From Macrostomum lignano (taxonomy: Eukaryota), in assembly GCA_002269645.1 (NCBI GenBank), contig NIVC01001513.1:11091-75090 (forward strand): a stretch of 64,000 bases of DNA. The letters run 5' to 3'. Below, one piece after another: positions 1-45,221 of the stretch. Position numbers and translations under genes: made by a program. A model generated the notes under the pieces. That model was given only the letters and a program-made list of their open reading frames with translations. It was not told the origin of the DNA and did not search any database. Position 1 is the first letter of the stretch. Each line of letters starts with the position of its first letter.

Positions 1-527
1 GTCGGGGCGTCAGTTGAGTCAGTTGATCAGTTGAGTCGGTGGGTCAGCTGAGTCGGGGCGTCAGTTGAGTCAGTTGATCAGTTCAGTCGGTGGGTCAGCT
101 GAGTCGGGGCGTCAGTTGAGTCAGTTGATCAGTTGAGTCGGTGGGTCAGCTGAGTCGGGGCGTCAGTTGAGTCAGTTGATCAGTTGAGTCGGTGGGTCAG
201 CTGAGTCGGGGCGTCAGTTGAGTCAGTGGGTCAGTAGAGTCAGTAGGTCAGTTGAGTCGGTGGGTCAGCTGAGTCGGGGCGTCAGTTGAGTCAGTTGAGT
301 CAGTTGATCAGTTGAGTCAGTGGGTCAGCTGAGTCGGGGCGTCAGTTGAGTCAGTTGATCAGTTGAGTCAGTGGGTCAGTTGAGTCGGTGGGTCAGCTGA
401 GTCGGGGCGTCAGTTGAGTCACTGGGTCAGTAGGTCAGTTGAGTCGGTGGGTCAGCTGAGTCGGTGGGTCAGCTGAGTCGGTGGGTCAGCTGAGTCTGTG
501 GGTCAGTTGAGTTGGTGGGTCAGCTGA
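1..527. repeat. Degenerate GTCAGTTGA/GGGTCAGCTGAGTC minisatellite
   Basis: Visible tandem units. Confidence 0.9.
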
Positions 528-1243
528 GTACAGGTAAGGCAGTGACTGTTGCTTTGTCTGTCAATAATCTATTAGTTTATACGTTTTTTGTAGTTGTGCA
601 CATAGCATCCATGTTTAGCTCACAGGTCTAAAAGTCAACCAGGCAGATTTCCATATTGTCCATATTGTCAGCCGATCGGCTTATTAATAACCTGTGGATT
701 TTTATTGAATTGCATCATACATTTCAGTGTTATTGTATTTTCTGTACAGCACCTTCTACAGATTAATAAATGTGTAAACCTAGCATTCTTGTCCGAGAAT
801 AAAATTTAATGTTTTTGTTCTTTTAAAATTAAATTTCTTTTTCTGTTGTGCCCTACAAGCAAATTTGTTTGCACTGTTGATATTAATATTCTATTTGCAC
901 GCTGACAAATATTCATCTTCTAGTCAATTTTTTGGCCCTTTTGCTTAACTTTTATGTAAAATTTAGAAACAAATAAACTAGTTTAAATACATTGAATGTA
1001 ACTTAAAAGATTCACACAATTTTTGTGTTGTATTTGTTATAAGCATTACAGTTTGCATTTAAAATACTCTCGGCTTTTTAATCTGTGATAGAGAAACAAA
1101 AATATATATTAAGTACTAGTAATGTTCGTGAAGTCAGTACAGTTTTACGCAGGAGTGACAAAACAGCAGTTGAGGAAAGTTAAGTAACTTAAATAGCTAC
1201 GCTCGTTTATTATGAATCCAGTAGGTTAGAGCTTCCGATCCCA

Positions 1244-2160
1244 CTCATCCCAATGTACACGCTTGCCCCAGACCAACCCCTCTCATCCCAATGTACACGC
1301 TTGCCCCAGACCAACCCCTCTCATCCCAATGTACACGCTTGCCCCAGACCAACCCCTCTCATCCCAATGTACACGCTTGCCCCAGACCAACCCCTCTCAT
1401 CCCAATGTACACGCTTGCCCCAGACCAACCCCTCTCATCCCAATGTACACGATTGCCTCAGACCAACCCCTCTCATCCCAATGTACACGCTTGCCCCAGA
1501 CCAACCCCTCTCATCCCAATGTACACGATTGCCTCAGACCAACCCTTCTCACCCTAATTTTGTACACGTTTCCCCCAGACCAACCCCTCTCACACCAATG
1601 TACACGATTGCCTCAGACCAACCCTTCTCACCCCAATTTTGTATACGCTTGCCCCAGACCAACCCCTCTCATCCCAATGTACACGATTGCCTCAGACCAA
1701 CCCTTTTCACCCCTATTTTGTACGCGCTTGCCCCAGACCAACCCCTCTCACACCAATGTACACGCTTGCCCCAGACCAACCCTTCCCACCCCAATGTACA
1801 CGATTGCCTCAGACCAACCCCTCTCATCCCAATGTACACGCTTGCCCCAGACCAACCCCTCTCATCCCAATGTACACGATTGCCTCAGACCAACCCTTCT
1901 CACCCTAATTTTGTACACGCTTGCCCCAGACCAACCCCTCTCACACCAATGTACACGATTGCCTCAGACCAACCCTTCTGACCCCAATTTTGTATACGCT
2001 TGCCCCAGACCAACCCCTCTCATCCCAATGTACACGATTGCCTCAGACCAACCCTTTTCACCCCTATTTTGTACGCGCTTGCCCCAGACCAACCCCTCTC
2101 ACACCAATGTACACGCTTGCCCCAGACCAACCCTTCCCACCCCAATGTACACGCTTGCCC
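1244..2160. repeat. 38-bp minisatellite AATGTACACGCTTGCCCCAGACCAACCCCTCTCATCCC
   Basis: Visible tandem units; produces spurious ORFs. Confidence 0.95.
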
Positions 2161-2827
2161 AAGACCACTTAGCTTGAAATTCGATCTCCAATAGACTGAG
2201 AAAACATTAGGTTAAGGTCTTGAACAGAAGAATAGGCTCTTGCTATATAGGATAGTTAATTAGCTACTTACTAATTATTGAGAAGAATAAGAAAACACGC
2301 AATTAAAGAAGATACTTGTTACTGTTTTTTACGTACAGTATACATGCTATTATGTGTTGAACGCCAGTGCCGATTAGGTTAGGGCAGAATTAATTTGGGT
2401 TTACGTGAACGATGACCATAGTTCTAATGGCAATAAAATAAAATTTAGATACTGATCCGTATGCTTAGAGGTCAGTGGGAGATAGAAGACATTATTATTA
2501 ATCAGAGCAGCAAGTTTCTTGGTTAAGCATCTCAATTCAAAACAGAACAAAACGAAAGGATTCAACTATCAATAATAACTTTTTTAATATGCTTAAACTA
2601 GCTTACTAAAAGTAGGCTTGCGCGGCATTTTAAAATCTTTATCTTGTCAGTGTAAAAACAAAAAATAAACAGAGGCGAAAAGTACATTCGCAGAAACCAA
2701 CTGATGTGCAACTAGTACGGGCTAACTGAACTTTGAAGACCATTATCGTGTTGATGGGAAGTGGGCGGGGTTTCACTATGAATGCGCTGTACAAGACAAA
2801 CAATGGATGATGCGAATTGTTTTGGCT

Positions 2828-33187
<30,360 letters not shown>

Positions 33188-33244
33188 TGATGGGAGCGGC
33201 CGGGTCAGTAGGGTGGCAACTGCCGACGGATGGGTGAGGTGTGA

Positions 33245-33905
33245 GGTCTGAGAGTGTGGGATTTGAGAGTGTGGTATTTGAGAGTGTGGGATTTGAGAGT
33301 GTGGGATTTGAGAGTGTGGGATTTGAGAGTGTGGGATTTGAGAGTGTGGGATTTGAGAGTGTGGGATTTGAGAGTGTGGGATTTGAGAGTGTGGGATTTG
33401 AGAGTGTGGGATTTGAGAGTGTGGGATTTGAGAGTGTGGGATTTGAGAGTGTGGGATTTGAGAGTGTGGGATTTGAGAGTGTGGGATTTGAGAGTGTGGG
33501 ATTTGAGAGTGTGGGATTTGAGAGTGTGGGATTTGAGAGTGTGGGATTTGAGGGTGTGGGATTTGAGAGTGTGGGATTTGAGAGTGTGGGATTTGAGAGT
33601 GTGGGATTTGAGAGTGTGGGATTTGAGAGTGTGGGATTTGAGAGTGTGGGATTTGAGAGTGTGGGATTTGAGAGTGTGGGATTTGAGAGTGTGGGATTTG
33701 AGAGTGTGGGATTTGAGAGTGTGGGATTTGAGAGTGTGGGATTTGAGAGTGTGGGATTTGAGAGTGTGGGATTTGAGAGTGTCGGATTCGAGAGTGAGGG
33801 ATTTGAGAGTGTCGGATTCGAGAGTGAGGGATTTGAGAGTGTGGAATTTGAGAGTTTGGGATTTGAGAGTGTGGGATTTGAGAATGTGGGATTTGAGTGT
33901 GGGAT
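33245..33905. repeat. 15-bp minisatellite GAGAGTGTGGGATTT
   Basis: About 44 units immediately upstream of the sif ATG. Confidence 0.96.
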
Positions 33906-34389
33906 TTATAAACATGAAAATTAAATTCTCTTGAATATAAGTGGACGAAAATCTCAGTTCGCTTGCTATGGTTTAAGAATGTTTTGTTAAATCTTGGCTT
34001 CCTGCAGCGGGCTCTGCGTGCACTTTTTAAAAGACAGTCCTTCGCCACTCAAGCATTTTGCAGTTTCCGACCGTCCTCTCTCTTTCTCTCCTCATGTTAG
34101 GCGATGAATGCCACTCTGAATGGGAACTTTTGCCGCCAGTTCTCCCTATCGTTTGTCGTTCCGCTCTCCTATGCAGCTGATCTCTCCCTTCCCGCCCTCC
34201 CGCTTCAGAGATCGATACACTTTTTTGCCTTGTGGGCGGGCCGCCGCGGTGCCTGCTGGCTGATATGGCAGTTTTTTCTGTGTCAGTCAGCCAAGCACGT
34301 TTTTTTTCAAACTGTTGCATGGATTTTGGCTGGCCAATTCGACACAGCAATCGTTTCTTGATTTTATACCGAAGTTTATTCCAGGCGGC

Positions 34390-35640
<1,251 letters not shown>

Positions 35641-36064
35641 AGACAGCAGTTGATGCAGTGTGCGTGAGCGAGATGGGAGCCTACAGTAGGGGTCAAGCTC
35701 TGCAGGAGGAGCAGGCAGCGAAGAAGTTTCGGATGGAGGCGCCGAGCAAGCGAGGACGAATCTGGGCGCAGGGGAACGGGGCTAATCAATATTAATTTAG
35801 CCTGATAGACTGAGGAAACGAAATGAGTGAGGCCGAGGAGCCGGGAGCGGGGTTGCGAGACTGGCTGCTGATCAACGCTCCCCGAACAACTCCAAATTTT
35901 CCCACCGCTGAGGCGGCGGGCAACCAACAAGTATTTCTCTGTCTGGCAGCGGTGGGAAAGATTCTGGAAGCTGAGTGCTTGATAAGAGGAACACGAAAAA
36001 ATCAAAGCCGAGAAATGAAGGCGGCTTCTACTGATGTGGAATTTCAATGTTTTTGGGGATCTTC

Positions 36065-36840
36065 AGGGTATGGGATTTTCAGGGTGTGGGATTTGCAGGT
36101 ATGGGATTCGCAGGGCATGGGATTCGCAGGGTATGTGATTCGCAGGGCATGGGATTCGCAGGGTATGAGATTCTCAGGTATGGGATTCGCAGGGCATGGG
36201 ATTCGCAGGGTATGGGATTCGCAGGGCATGGGATTCGCAGGGTATGGGATTCGCAGGGCATGGGATTCGCAGGGTATGGGATTCTCAGGGATGGGATTCG
36301 CAGGGTATGTGATTCGCAGGGTATGTGATTCGCAGGGTATGTGATTCGCAGGGTATGGGATTCGCAGGGTATGGGATTCGCAGGGTATGGGATTCTCAGG
36401 TATGGGATTCTCAGGTATGGGATTCTCAGGTATGGGATTCGTAGGGTATGGGATTCGCAGGGTATGGGATTCTCAGGTATGTGATTCGCAGGGTATAGGA
36501 TTCGCAGGGTATGAGATTCTCAGGTATGGGATTCGCAGGGTATGGGATTCGCAGGGTATGAGATTCTCAGGTATGGGATTTGCAGGGTATGTGATTCGCA
36601 GGGTATGGGATTCTCAGGTATGGGATTCAGGGTATGGGATTCGCAGGGTATGGGATTCGCAGGGTATGGGATTTGCAGGGTATGGGATTCGCAGGGTATG
36701 AGATTCTCAGGTATGGGATTCTCAGGTATGGGATTCGCAGGGTATGGGATTCGCAGGGTATGGGATTCTCAGGTATGGGATTTGCAGGGTATGGGATTCG
36801 CAGGGTATGGGATTCTCAGGTATGGGATTCGCAGGGTGTG
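36065..36840. repeat. 15-16-bp minisatellite GGGATTCGCAGGGTAT
   Basis: Direct observation. Confidence 0.95.
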
Positions 36841-37494
36841 AGATTAAGTCGCGCATTCTAGAACGTTGAGTCGTTTACAGGAAATCTCCGGCCACTTGGT
36901 GGATTAGAACATCTACGGCAGAGCAGGTCCATTCAAAGCGAGCTTCACGGATGCCGCTATTTCTCCTTACCGATTAATCGCTCCTTCTGTCTCAAAACAC
37001 GCCGGATTTGAGCCGAGAATGACAGAGCGGGAGAGAAATGGAAGAGCGGAGACGGGATAAAAATAAGGAAAGAGCTCAGGATTAAGTTGGTCGCGAAGAA
37101 GTTCTGAGACATCAGACTCACTCGGCCCATAATTTTTAGGGTGGAGCGAAGAGTAAGGCCGGGATGGAGGGTCTGTAGCGCCTGAGGATTAAAAGTTAAA
37201 AGCACGATAGGCGTATTGCGGCATTGGGAATTTCTCAGCTGGAGACGAGATCCAACTCTGCTTCCCATTTTTGCAGAAGTCTTCCTGTAACTTCACTAGC
37301 TGGGCTGTTTGGCCGAGCCCGGGGAGAGGGAGGGAGCGGATCGATACGAGGGGCGATGGGGAACGACAAAGTGCTTATCTCCCAGGCAGCAACGGTGGTG
37401 GCGGGATGCGGGCCTGAGAGCTCAGTGATCCACACATTTTTGCGGTCCCCAACTGCTGTTCGACTGCTGCGGACTGAAACTGGAACTTTTTGGC

Positions 37495-38870
37495 TACTCT
37501 CCTCCCCTCTCTCCTTTCACTCTTCACCTCTCTCCTCTGGTTTCTCGCCTCTTTCATATCTCCTCTCTCCTCTCTCCTCTCACCTCTCTCCTCTTTCCTC
37601 TCTCCTCTCTCCTCTCTCCTCTTTCCTCTCTCCTCTCTCCTCTGTCCTCTCTCCTCTCTCCTCTCTCCTCTCTCCTGTCTCCTGTCTCCTCTCTCCTCTT
37701 TCCTCTCTCCTCTCTCCTCTTTCCTCTCTCCTCTCTCCTCTCTCCTCTCTCCTCTCTCCTCTCTCCTCTCTCCTGTCTCCTGTCTCCTCTTTCCTCTCTC
37801 CTCTCTCCTCTCTCCTCTCTCCTCTCTCCTCTCTCCTGTCTCATCTTTCCTCTCTCCTCTCTCCTCTCTCCTCTCTCCTCTCTCCTCTCTCATGTCTCCT
37901 CTCTTTTCTCTCCTCTCTCCTCTCCTCTCTTTTCTCTCCTCTCTCCTCTCCTCTCTCCTCTCTCCTCTCTCCTCTCTCCTCTCTCCTCTCTCCTCTGTTC
38001 TTTCTCTCTTAATTTCTGTCTCAATCACCTTTTATCTCCCATCTCACCTTTCCGTTCGTTCCTCTCCCGTCTCTCATCTCTCCACTTTCCTCTATCATTT
38101 CTGCTCTCACACTAATTTTCTCTCTTATTCCTCTCAATCACTGACGCCGGCATCTTTTCCTGACTCATCATTTAAACGTCTATTAAATATTTTAACTCGC
38201 AGCCCCAATGCCTTTGCCGCATTTTTGTGGCTCGACCGTTGCTGTCTGCGTAGGAACAGGTGTAACCTGCCATTACTTTTTACAGCCAGCTTTCTGCTTT
38301 TATCTTGGTGAATCCCGACTTCTTTACATCCTAGAACTTACTTTGTGCAATAAACATTTCCCGTGTGCTGAAACAACAGCCTTCCTTTGGGTGCGTACAC
38401 AGTGAAGATGGGAAAACTGAAGTCAGTCTCTCCCTCTCCCACTCTCCCTCACTCTCCCACACTCTCCCCCACTCTCTACCACTCTCGCCCACTCTCCCCC
38501 CTCTCTCCCACTCTCCCCCACTATCCACCACTCTCCCCCCTCTCTCCCACTCTCCCCCACTATCCACCACTCTCCCCACTCTCTCCCACTCTCCTCCACT
38601 CTCTCCCACTCTCCCCACTCTCCCCACTCTCCCCCACTCTCTCTCACTGTCCCCCACTCTCCCCCACTCTCTCCCACTCTCCCCCACTATCCACCACTCT
38701 CCCCACTCTCTCCCACTCTCCTCCACTCTCTCCCACTCTCCCCCACTCTCCCCACTCTCCCCCACTCTCTCTCACTGTCCCCCACTCTCCCCCACTCTCT
38801 CCCACTCTCCCCCACTATCCACCACTCTCCCCACTCTCTCCCACTCTCCCCAATTACTCCCACTCTCTCC
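37495..38870. repeat. Two pyrimidine-rich arrays (37495-38010 TCTCCTC; 38430-38870 CCCACTCT)
   Basis: Direct observation. Confidence 0.9.
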
Positions 38871-39144
38871 GAATCTCTACTCTTTTGCTTATCGAAGGGG
38901 GCCAAATCACACCAGATTTTCCGGCAAAAAATGTATCATTTGGGATCCCTTGCAAGCAGCGAAATTTCCCGTATTGCCAACAATTTGTTTTTTGTGATGC
39001 TGGCCCGAGCAGCTAGTTTTGGATGGGGGTCAAATTCCAATAAATAAATATTTGAGGCTCGTTAGTAGCAGGTGTTTCCTGTCTCTGCTTTGAAAACTCG
39101 GGTCTAAACAGGGAGCTCTGAGAGTTAACTTGCAAAACCAAAAG

Positions 39145-39455
39145 ACTGACTGACTGACTGACTGACTGACTGACTGACTGACTGACTGACTGACTGACTG
39201 ACTGACTGACTGACTGACTGACTGACTGACTGACTGACTGACTGACTGACTGACTGACTGACTGACTGACTGACTGACTGACTGACTGACTGACTGACTG
39301 ACTGACTGACTGACTGACTGACTGACTGACTGACTGACTGACTGACTGACTGACTGACTGACTGACTGACTGACTGACTGACTGACTGACTGACTGACTG
39401 ACTGACTGACTGACTGACTGACTGACTGACTGACTGAGTGACTTACTTACTTACT
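39145..39455. repeat. (ACTG)n microsatellite
   Basis: Direct observation. Confidence 0.97.
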
Positions 39456-40134
39456 TACTTACCGCTTCGTCAGCAGACGTGCCCAGTCCCTCACTCCGGT
39501 AGCTGATTGAAAAGTCGAGTTTGAGATTCAGTTGGCCAGCCGCGAGATTTAGTGTGCAGCCGTCATCTTTGTATAGCGGATTCGGGGAATTTCTTTAAAG
39601 CCTGCCTGCCCTGCCCGCCACTGTGACTGGTCTGTTTTCCCTCGACTGCAGTTGCTGGGGGCTGGAGTTATCGAGGAGGCGGCTGTGGTTGGGGGGGGGG
39701 GGAAGCGGAGAGAGGAGGTCACGGAGTAGGCAGAAGGGGTGCCCGGGCAGTATAAGAAATGGAGGGAGACAGAAAATCGACATGAAGGCTTCGCCGTCGC
39801 CAATTGGCTGGACAAAAATCGCCAGAAATGAAACAGGGGGGGGGGGGAGGCCAGTGCGCACGTGGGGGAGTGAGGATCTGGAAGAAGAGGCAAGAGCCTT
39901 ACTGCCCGCCCGGCCGCTCTCCCCCGCCGACACGCAGCAAACAGCTGTGCCAGACTTTTGCTACCATATGATTCTTAATAGGCCCTATAATTTGTATTCT
40001 TTCCTTCCAGACTAATACAATTATTGAGCTATGCAGATATCAGTACTTTAATTATAAGTTTAAAGTACATCGTATAAAGCTAGAGGGATGGTACATAAAA
40101 GTTTGAGATAAAGGTGAGAGAGAAGTTAATTAAG

Positions 40135-40314
40135 AGAGAGAGGGGAAGAGAGGATGAGAGAGGGTGTGAGAGGGTGAGAGAGGATGAGAGAGGGTGAGAG
40201 AGGGTAAGAGAGGGTGAGAGAGGGTGAGAGAGGGTGAGAGAGGGTGAGAGAGGGTGAGAGAGGGTGAGAGAGGGTGAGAGAGGGTGAGAGATGGAGAGAG
40301 AGAGAGAGAGAGAG

Positions 40315-40350
<36 letters not shown>
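40135..40350. repeat. (GAGAGAGGGT)n and (GA)n
   Basis: Direct observation. Confidence 0.9.
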
Positions 40351-40353
<3 letters not shown>

Positions 40354-40887
40354 GGCGCCTCCAATCTCGGGCACTGACACGGTAGAAAGTCAGAAAGGAC
40401 TGAAAAAAGTCAATTTAAATTGAGTAGCCGATATTTCGAAATTAAATTTCTTCGTCAGGGCTGTAAGCGAGTGAAGTTTATTTGGCGCGAATTGCCATCA
40501 ATATATAAAGGCGATATCGCCAGGGAGAGACGATCGATAAATTGATGTGCTCAAGCACTTAAAACAGTACGCATGGTCAGTACATAAAAACGAGTCCGAG
40601 ACTATGAGAAAAGCGGGGGGTGGCTAAAACTGTACAATTGGGCCAAGACGACCTTTGAGTGTAGAATAAAAATTGTAAAAATAAATGGCAAAATAAATAG
40701 ACAAGGTAAATAAAAATTATTATTAAATGCTCAGAGCAAAAAATGCAGGTGCACCGTACACAGTGTCAGAAAAATGAATAAAAAGCAGAGAATAAATAAT
40801 CTGAATAAATCAAAATAAAGTCAATGAAAAAATCACAGAGGGGAAAAATAGCAGTAAAAGAGCCTCTGTACAGGCGTCAAAAGGGGC

Positions 40888-41298
40888 CTAGTTGGCAGGA
40901 TCGAGCCGACTATGAGAGAGCAGAGTCCGGAGGCTTCTCCCCTTGGTGTAGGCGGGCAGCACCGGGGTCTCGCAGTGGCGTATCACCCTGTCCTTCACTT
41001 TGGCAGCCAGGGCGTCGGAGGTCGCACAGTGGGGCAGGATCAGCGGGATGGCCGGTTTGTGCAGTATGCCGGCAAGTTCGTTGGCGCCGTGTGGAACATG
41101 AGTCCTCAGGACCTCGATAAACTTGGCCTCCTGGCGCTGACGCCGCTCGTCAGCTCTGGGTCCTGTGCCATCGCGTGTCCAGATGCCGGTGAAGGCGAAG
41201 TCCGTCAGACTGTGGCCACCGCTGGTGAAGTGGCGCGCTACCGGAGTGTCACGGGTGTGCCGGATGTCACCGATGTGCGCCAGCATGCGACCACGGAT
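40888..41298 (-). mobile_element. Penelope-like element fragment (C-terminal half of GIY-YIG endonuclease plus linker-like segment)
   Basis: R..AHIGDIR...PVARHF...H...R...EAKFIEVLRTHVPHGAN matches the PLE GIY-YIG C-terminus. Cut off upstream by a 10-bp repeat array. Confidence 0.7.
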
Positions 41299-41925
41299 GA
41301 GAGAGGGTGAGAGAGGGTAAGAGAGGGTGAGAGAGGGTGAGAGAGGGTGAGAGAGGGTGAGAGAGGGTGAGAGAGGGTGAGAGAGGGTGAGAGAGGGTGA
41401 GAGAGGGTAAGAGAGGGTGAGAGAGGGTGAGAGAGGGTGAGAGAGGGTGAGAGAGGGTGAGAGAGGGTGAGAGAGGGTGAGAGAGGGTGAGAGAGGGTGA
41501 GAGAGGGTGAGAGAGGGTGAGAGAGGGTGAGAGAGGGTGAGAGAGGGTGAGAGAGGGTAAGAGAGGGTTAGAGAGGGTTAGAGAGGGTGAGAGAGGGGGA
41601 GAGAGGGTGAGAGAGGGTGAGAGAGGGTGAGAGAGGGTGAGAGAGGGTGAGAGAGGGTGAAAGAGGGTGAGAGAGGGTGAGAGAGGGTAAGAGAGGGTGA
41701 GAGAGGGTGAGAGAGGGTAAGAGAGGGTGAGAGAGGGTGAGAGAGGGTAAGAGAGGGTGAGAGAGGGTGAGAGAGGGTGAGAGAGGGTGAGAGAGGGTGA
41801 GAGAGGGTGAAAGAGGGTGAAAGAGGGTGAGAGAGGGTGAGAGAGGGTGAAAGAGGGTGAGAGAGGGTGAAAGAGGGTGAAAGAGGGTGAAAGAGGGTGA
41901 GAGAGGTTGAGAGAGGGTGAGTGAT
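41298..41925. repeat. 10-bp minisatellite GAGAGAGGGT
   Basis: Direct observation. Confidence 0.96.
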
Positions 41926-42579
41926 GAGTGAGGGTAAGAAGCCCAGCTCCATCAGCACCTCTTATTTGATACGTGCGCAGGAAACGTCCGCTGTAGCCCT
42001 GGTGTCGCACCAGATTTTCTGGTGCAAGCTTCATCGAAGTCAGCCATCCGAGAGCGACGTCAAGGCGTATCTGAGAAGCTGGGACTTCACCACCCCCTCG
42101 GAAAGTAGACTTGGGATGGAATGAGCTGCGATTGATGAGGGCTCGGACTGTCGGTGGGCTTGAAGAAAGTTATAAGTGGCACAGCAGAGAAAAATGTCCT
42201 TGGGGCGGCCGTAGCCCCAGCACCCACAGTTCACGGCATTCCCGAAGTCCATTCCCAGGTCAGGTGACTCCCAGTCTACGGCGCGGTGGAATGCAAAACT
42301 GGGCCGCACATTCGATGCCCTCGGTTGTCTCCCCCCGCAAAATCAAGTTTTCCCAAACCGCATCGGTTTTCACCGGGATCTCCTGTAGCAGGGAACTGGC
42401 AGTCCATTGATCAGCCAGTGCCAGCGCTAGCCAAACTGCTGTGTGCCGGATGTACTAATACAGGGTGCGCTGACTGACTGGTTGGCTGGATAAAAGATGC
42501 GATTTTTTGGGGAGATCCCGATGTAAAATTGACTTCTGCCAGCTGTTCTGAGGGGGAGAAATGTTGGTGAGGCTGGTTA

Positions 42580-43550
42580 AGCCGGTGGCGCCAAGGGAGA
42601 CTGAATGGCGCCAAGGGAGACTGTATGGCGCCAAGGGAGACTGTATGGCGCCAAGGGAGACTGTATGGCGCAAAGGGAGACTGTATGGCGCCAAGGGAGG
42701 CCATGTGGCGCCAAGGGAGACTGTATGGCGCCAAGGGAGACTGTATGGCGCCAAGGGAGACTGTATGGCGCCAAGGGAGACTGTATGGCGCAAAGGGAGA
42801 CTGTATGGCGCCAAGGGAGACTGTATGGCGCAAAGGGAGACTGTATGGCGCCAAGGGAGGCTAAGAGTGGGTTCAAGATACCTATGACTTACCTGAGTGC
42901 AAGTCACTCTGGAGAATATCGCTGGGCAGCGACAGAACTGAGCGTTAATTGACTGCAGAGTTGATTTAGCGGCCGCGAAGAACCCGAAAAATATTCCCGG
43001 AAATTGAAACTAAATGAACTTTTCCCTGGCTGGAGTAAGGGACTTCTTTGACTTAAAACAATCGAGGTTTACTTCCGCACGAGCTATCGGGTTCCAGATT
43101 CGTGTTTCGTAATGGAATTTTTAGACGCCCCTGATCACTGTCTTGGTGCAGTTGGAATAGCCTTATTGGCATTGGCTGAGGCGACTAAAAGCTTAAGTTC
43201 AGGGAAATGGCAGGCGAGCTTTTGCATTTTGGCGTTCCAAAGTTTGCATTTCCTCGGGGGTTTGCAAGCAAAATAGGGATTTCTAGATTCTGCTCAATCA
43301 CTGCGCTGACCAGACCACTCAGTTCAGGGGGTCTGAAAAGTTTCTTCTAGAAATTATAAAAATAGAGTGACTGAAAGGCTGCTCAAATGCAGCTAACTGG
43401 TCCGCAGTCTTCTCGGGTATGGCGCCATACAGTCTCCCTTGGCGCCATACAGTCTCCCTTGGCGCCATACAGCCTCCTTTGGCGCCATACAGTCTCCCTT
43501 GGCGCCACCCGGTCCCCCTTGGCGCCACCCGTCTCCCTTGGCACCAAACA
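42580..43550. mobile_element. Putative foldback-like non-autonomous element with inverted arrays of a 20-bp unit
   Basis: (GGCGCCAAGGGAGACTGTAT)n at 42586-42860 and its reverse complement at 43420-43545 around about 560 bp with no recognisable coding sequence. Confidence 0.5.
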
Positions 43551-43569
43551 GACTAGATATCTACAGTCC

Positions 43570-44042
<473 letters not shown>

Positions 44043-45221
44043 CAAAACGTACATAAGTGTTCTCAGAATTGATCTGAGAGTGGGACAGCGGAGCCAAATC
44101 ACTTGAATCGGGTGAACGAGTGGCTGCGTGTGTGCCGTGGCCGCGCATGCGCCTGCTTGAAATGTGATTGAAAGCCAGCCAAAGCCAAGTCTCTCTCTCT
44201 CTCCTCGGCTCCAACTGTCGGCCGGTCATTAGAATCGATTTAGCAAGAGTAGAGGAGGGCATGGCGAGGTTTGAGTTCTCAAATCCTCAGTTGGGGGGGG
44301 GCGCGTCTCAAGGATCTGGGGAATTCTCTCGCCAGGCCTTCCAAGTGCAGTGGGTTTGGAAACGAGGAAGGTAAAGGTGCAATCGCACTAGGAACTAAAT
44401 ATTCACCTCTGCAGTGATAATGATCACCAATAGTATTAAACAGCTGGCGATTGGAAAGCCAGGGCTCCTGTACACCATGCGTTGCGGTCAAAGGCAACGG
44501 CCTTCTTATTTACCTCCTCGCTAGTCAAGGACTCGTCTTATTACAAGTAAAATTTAGATCACAAAAAAGATATAACAGCTTTTATTCTGTTAGTAGTACT
44601 GTTAGTAGGCTAGTAGCGATTCTATGATATTTTTATTTACCTATTCTTAAAAAATAATGAATCAGCATGTACTATTGCAAAGTTGCGCGCACTAATTCAA
44701 AAAGTACAAAGCAATCAGTAATGCAAGTCAATTTAGTATTGACGTACCACAGGCAGAGACTCAAGCTTAAACATTTGGCTGACGGCAGCTGCAGCTCATT
44801 ATTATGCATGAAATGTTACAAGAACAGTCAGCATCCAGGCTTGCATTGCCTGCATACTTTGTTGCAGGCGTGCCACAGGAAAGCAAAGAAGGAGACCTGT
44901 TTAATTTAGAAGAATTCTGGCTTGCTTGGCTTAAACTCAAACTCAAACTCAGTACAGCTGTTAAGCACCCGCAAACGATGCAATAAATTACCGCCTCAGG
45001 TGGACTTAAGCGGGGGAGCGCTCTCTTTTTCTCTATTTCAGTTTGTTTCTCGAAGTTTCCATGGAAACTTGAGGCAGCCCCAAGACAATAGACTTTCCTA
45101 CTAAAGCAGAGTTTGACTGCATCGGGTCTGCGCCACTTCCCCAGTTTGTTGAGATTCTCAAGCTCACAGCCTCTCACTCAGTGCTGCCTTCTCAGTCCTA
45201 CTTACTGGACGGCCTTCCAAA

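Noticed and set aside
33188-34048. N-terminal QIPHS repeat extension of the 405-aa ORF
   Set aside because: It is the 15-bp minisatellite read in frame. The conserved MGNKL start is at 33187.
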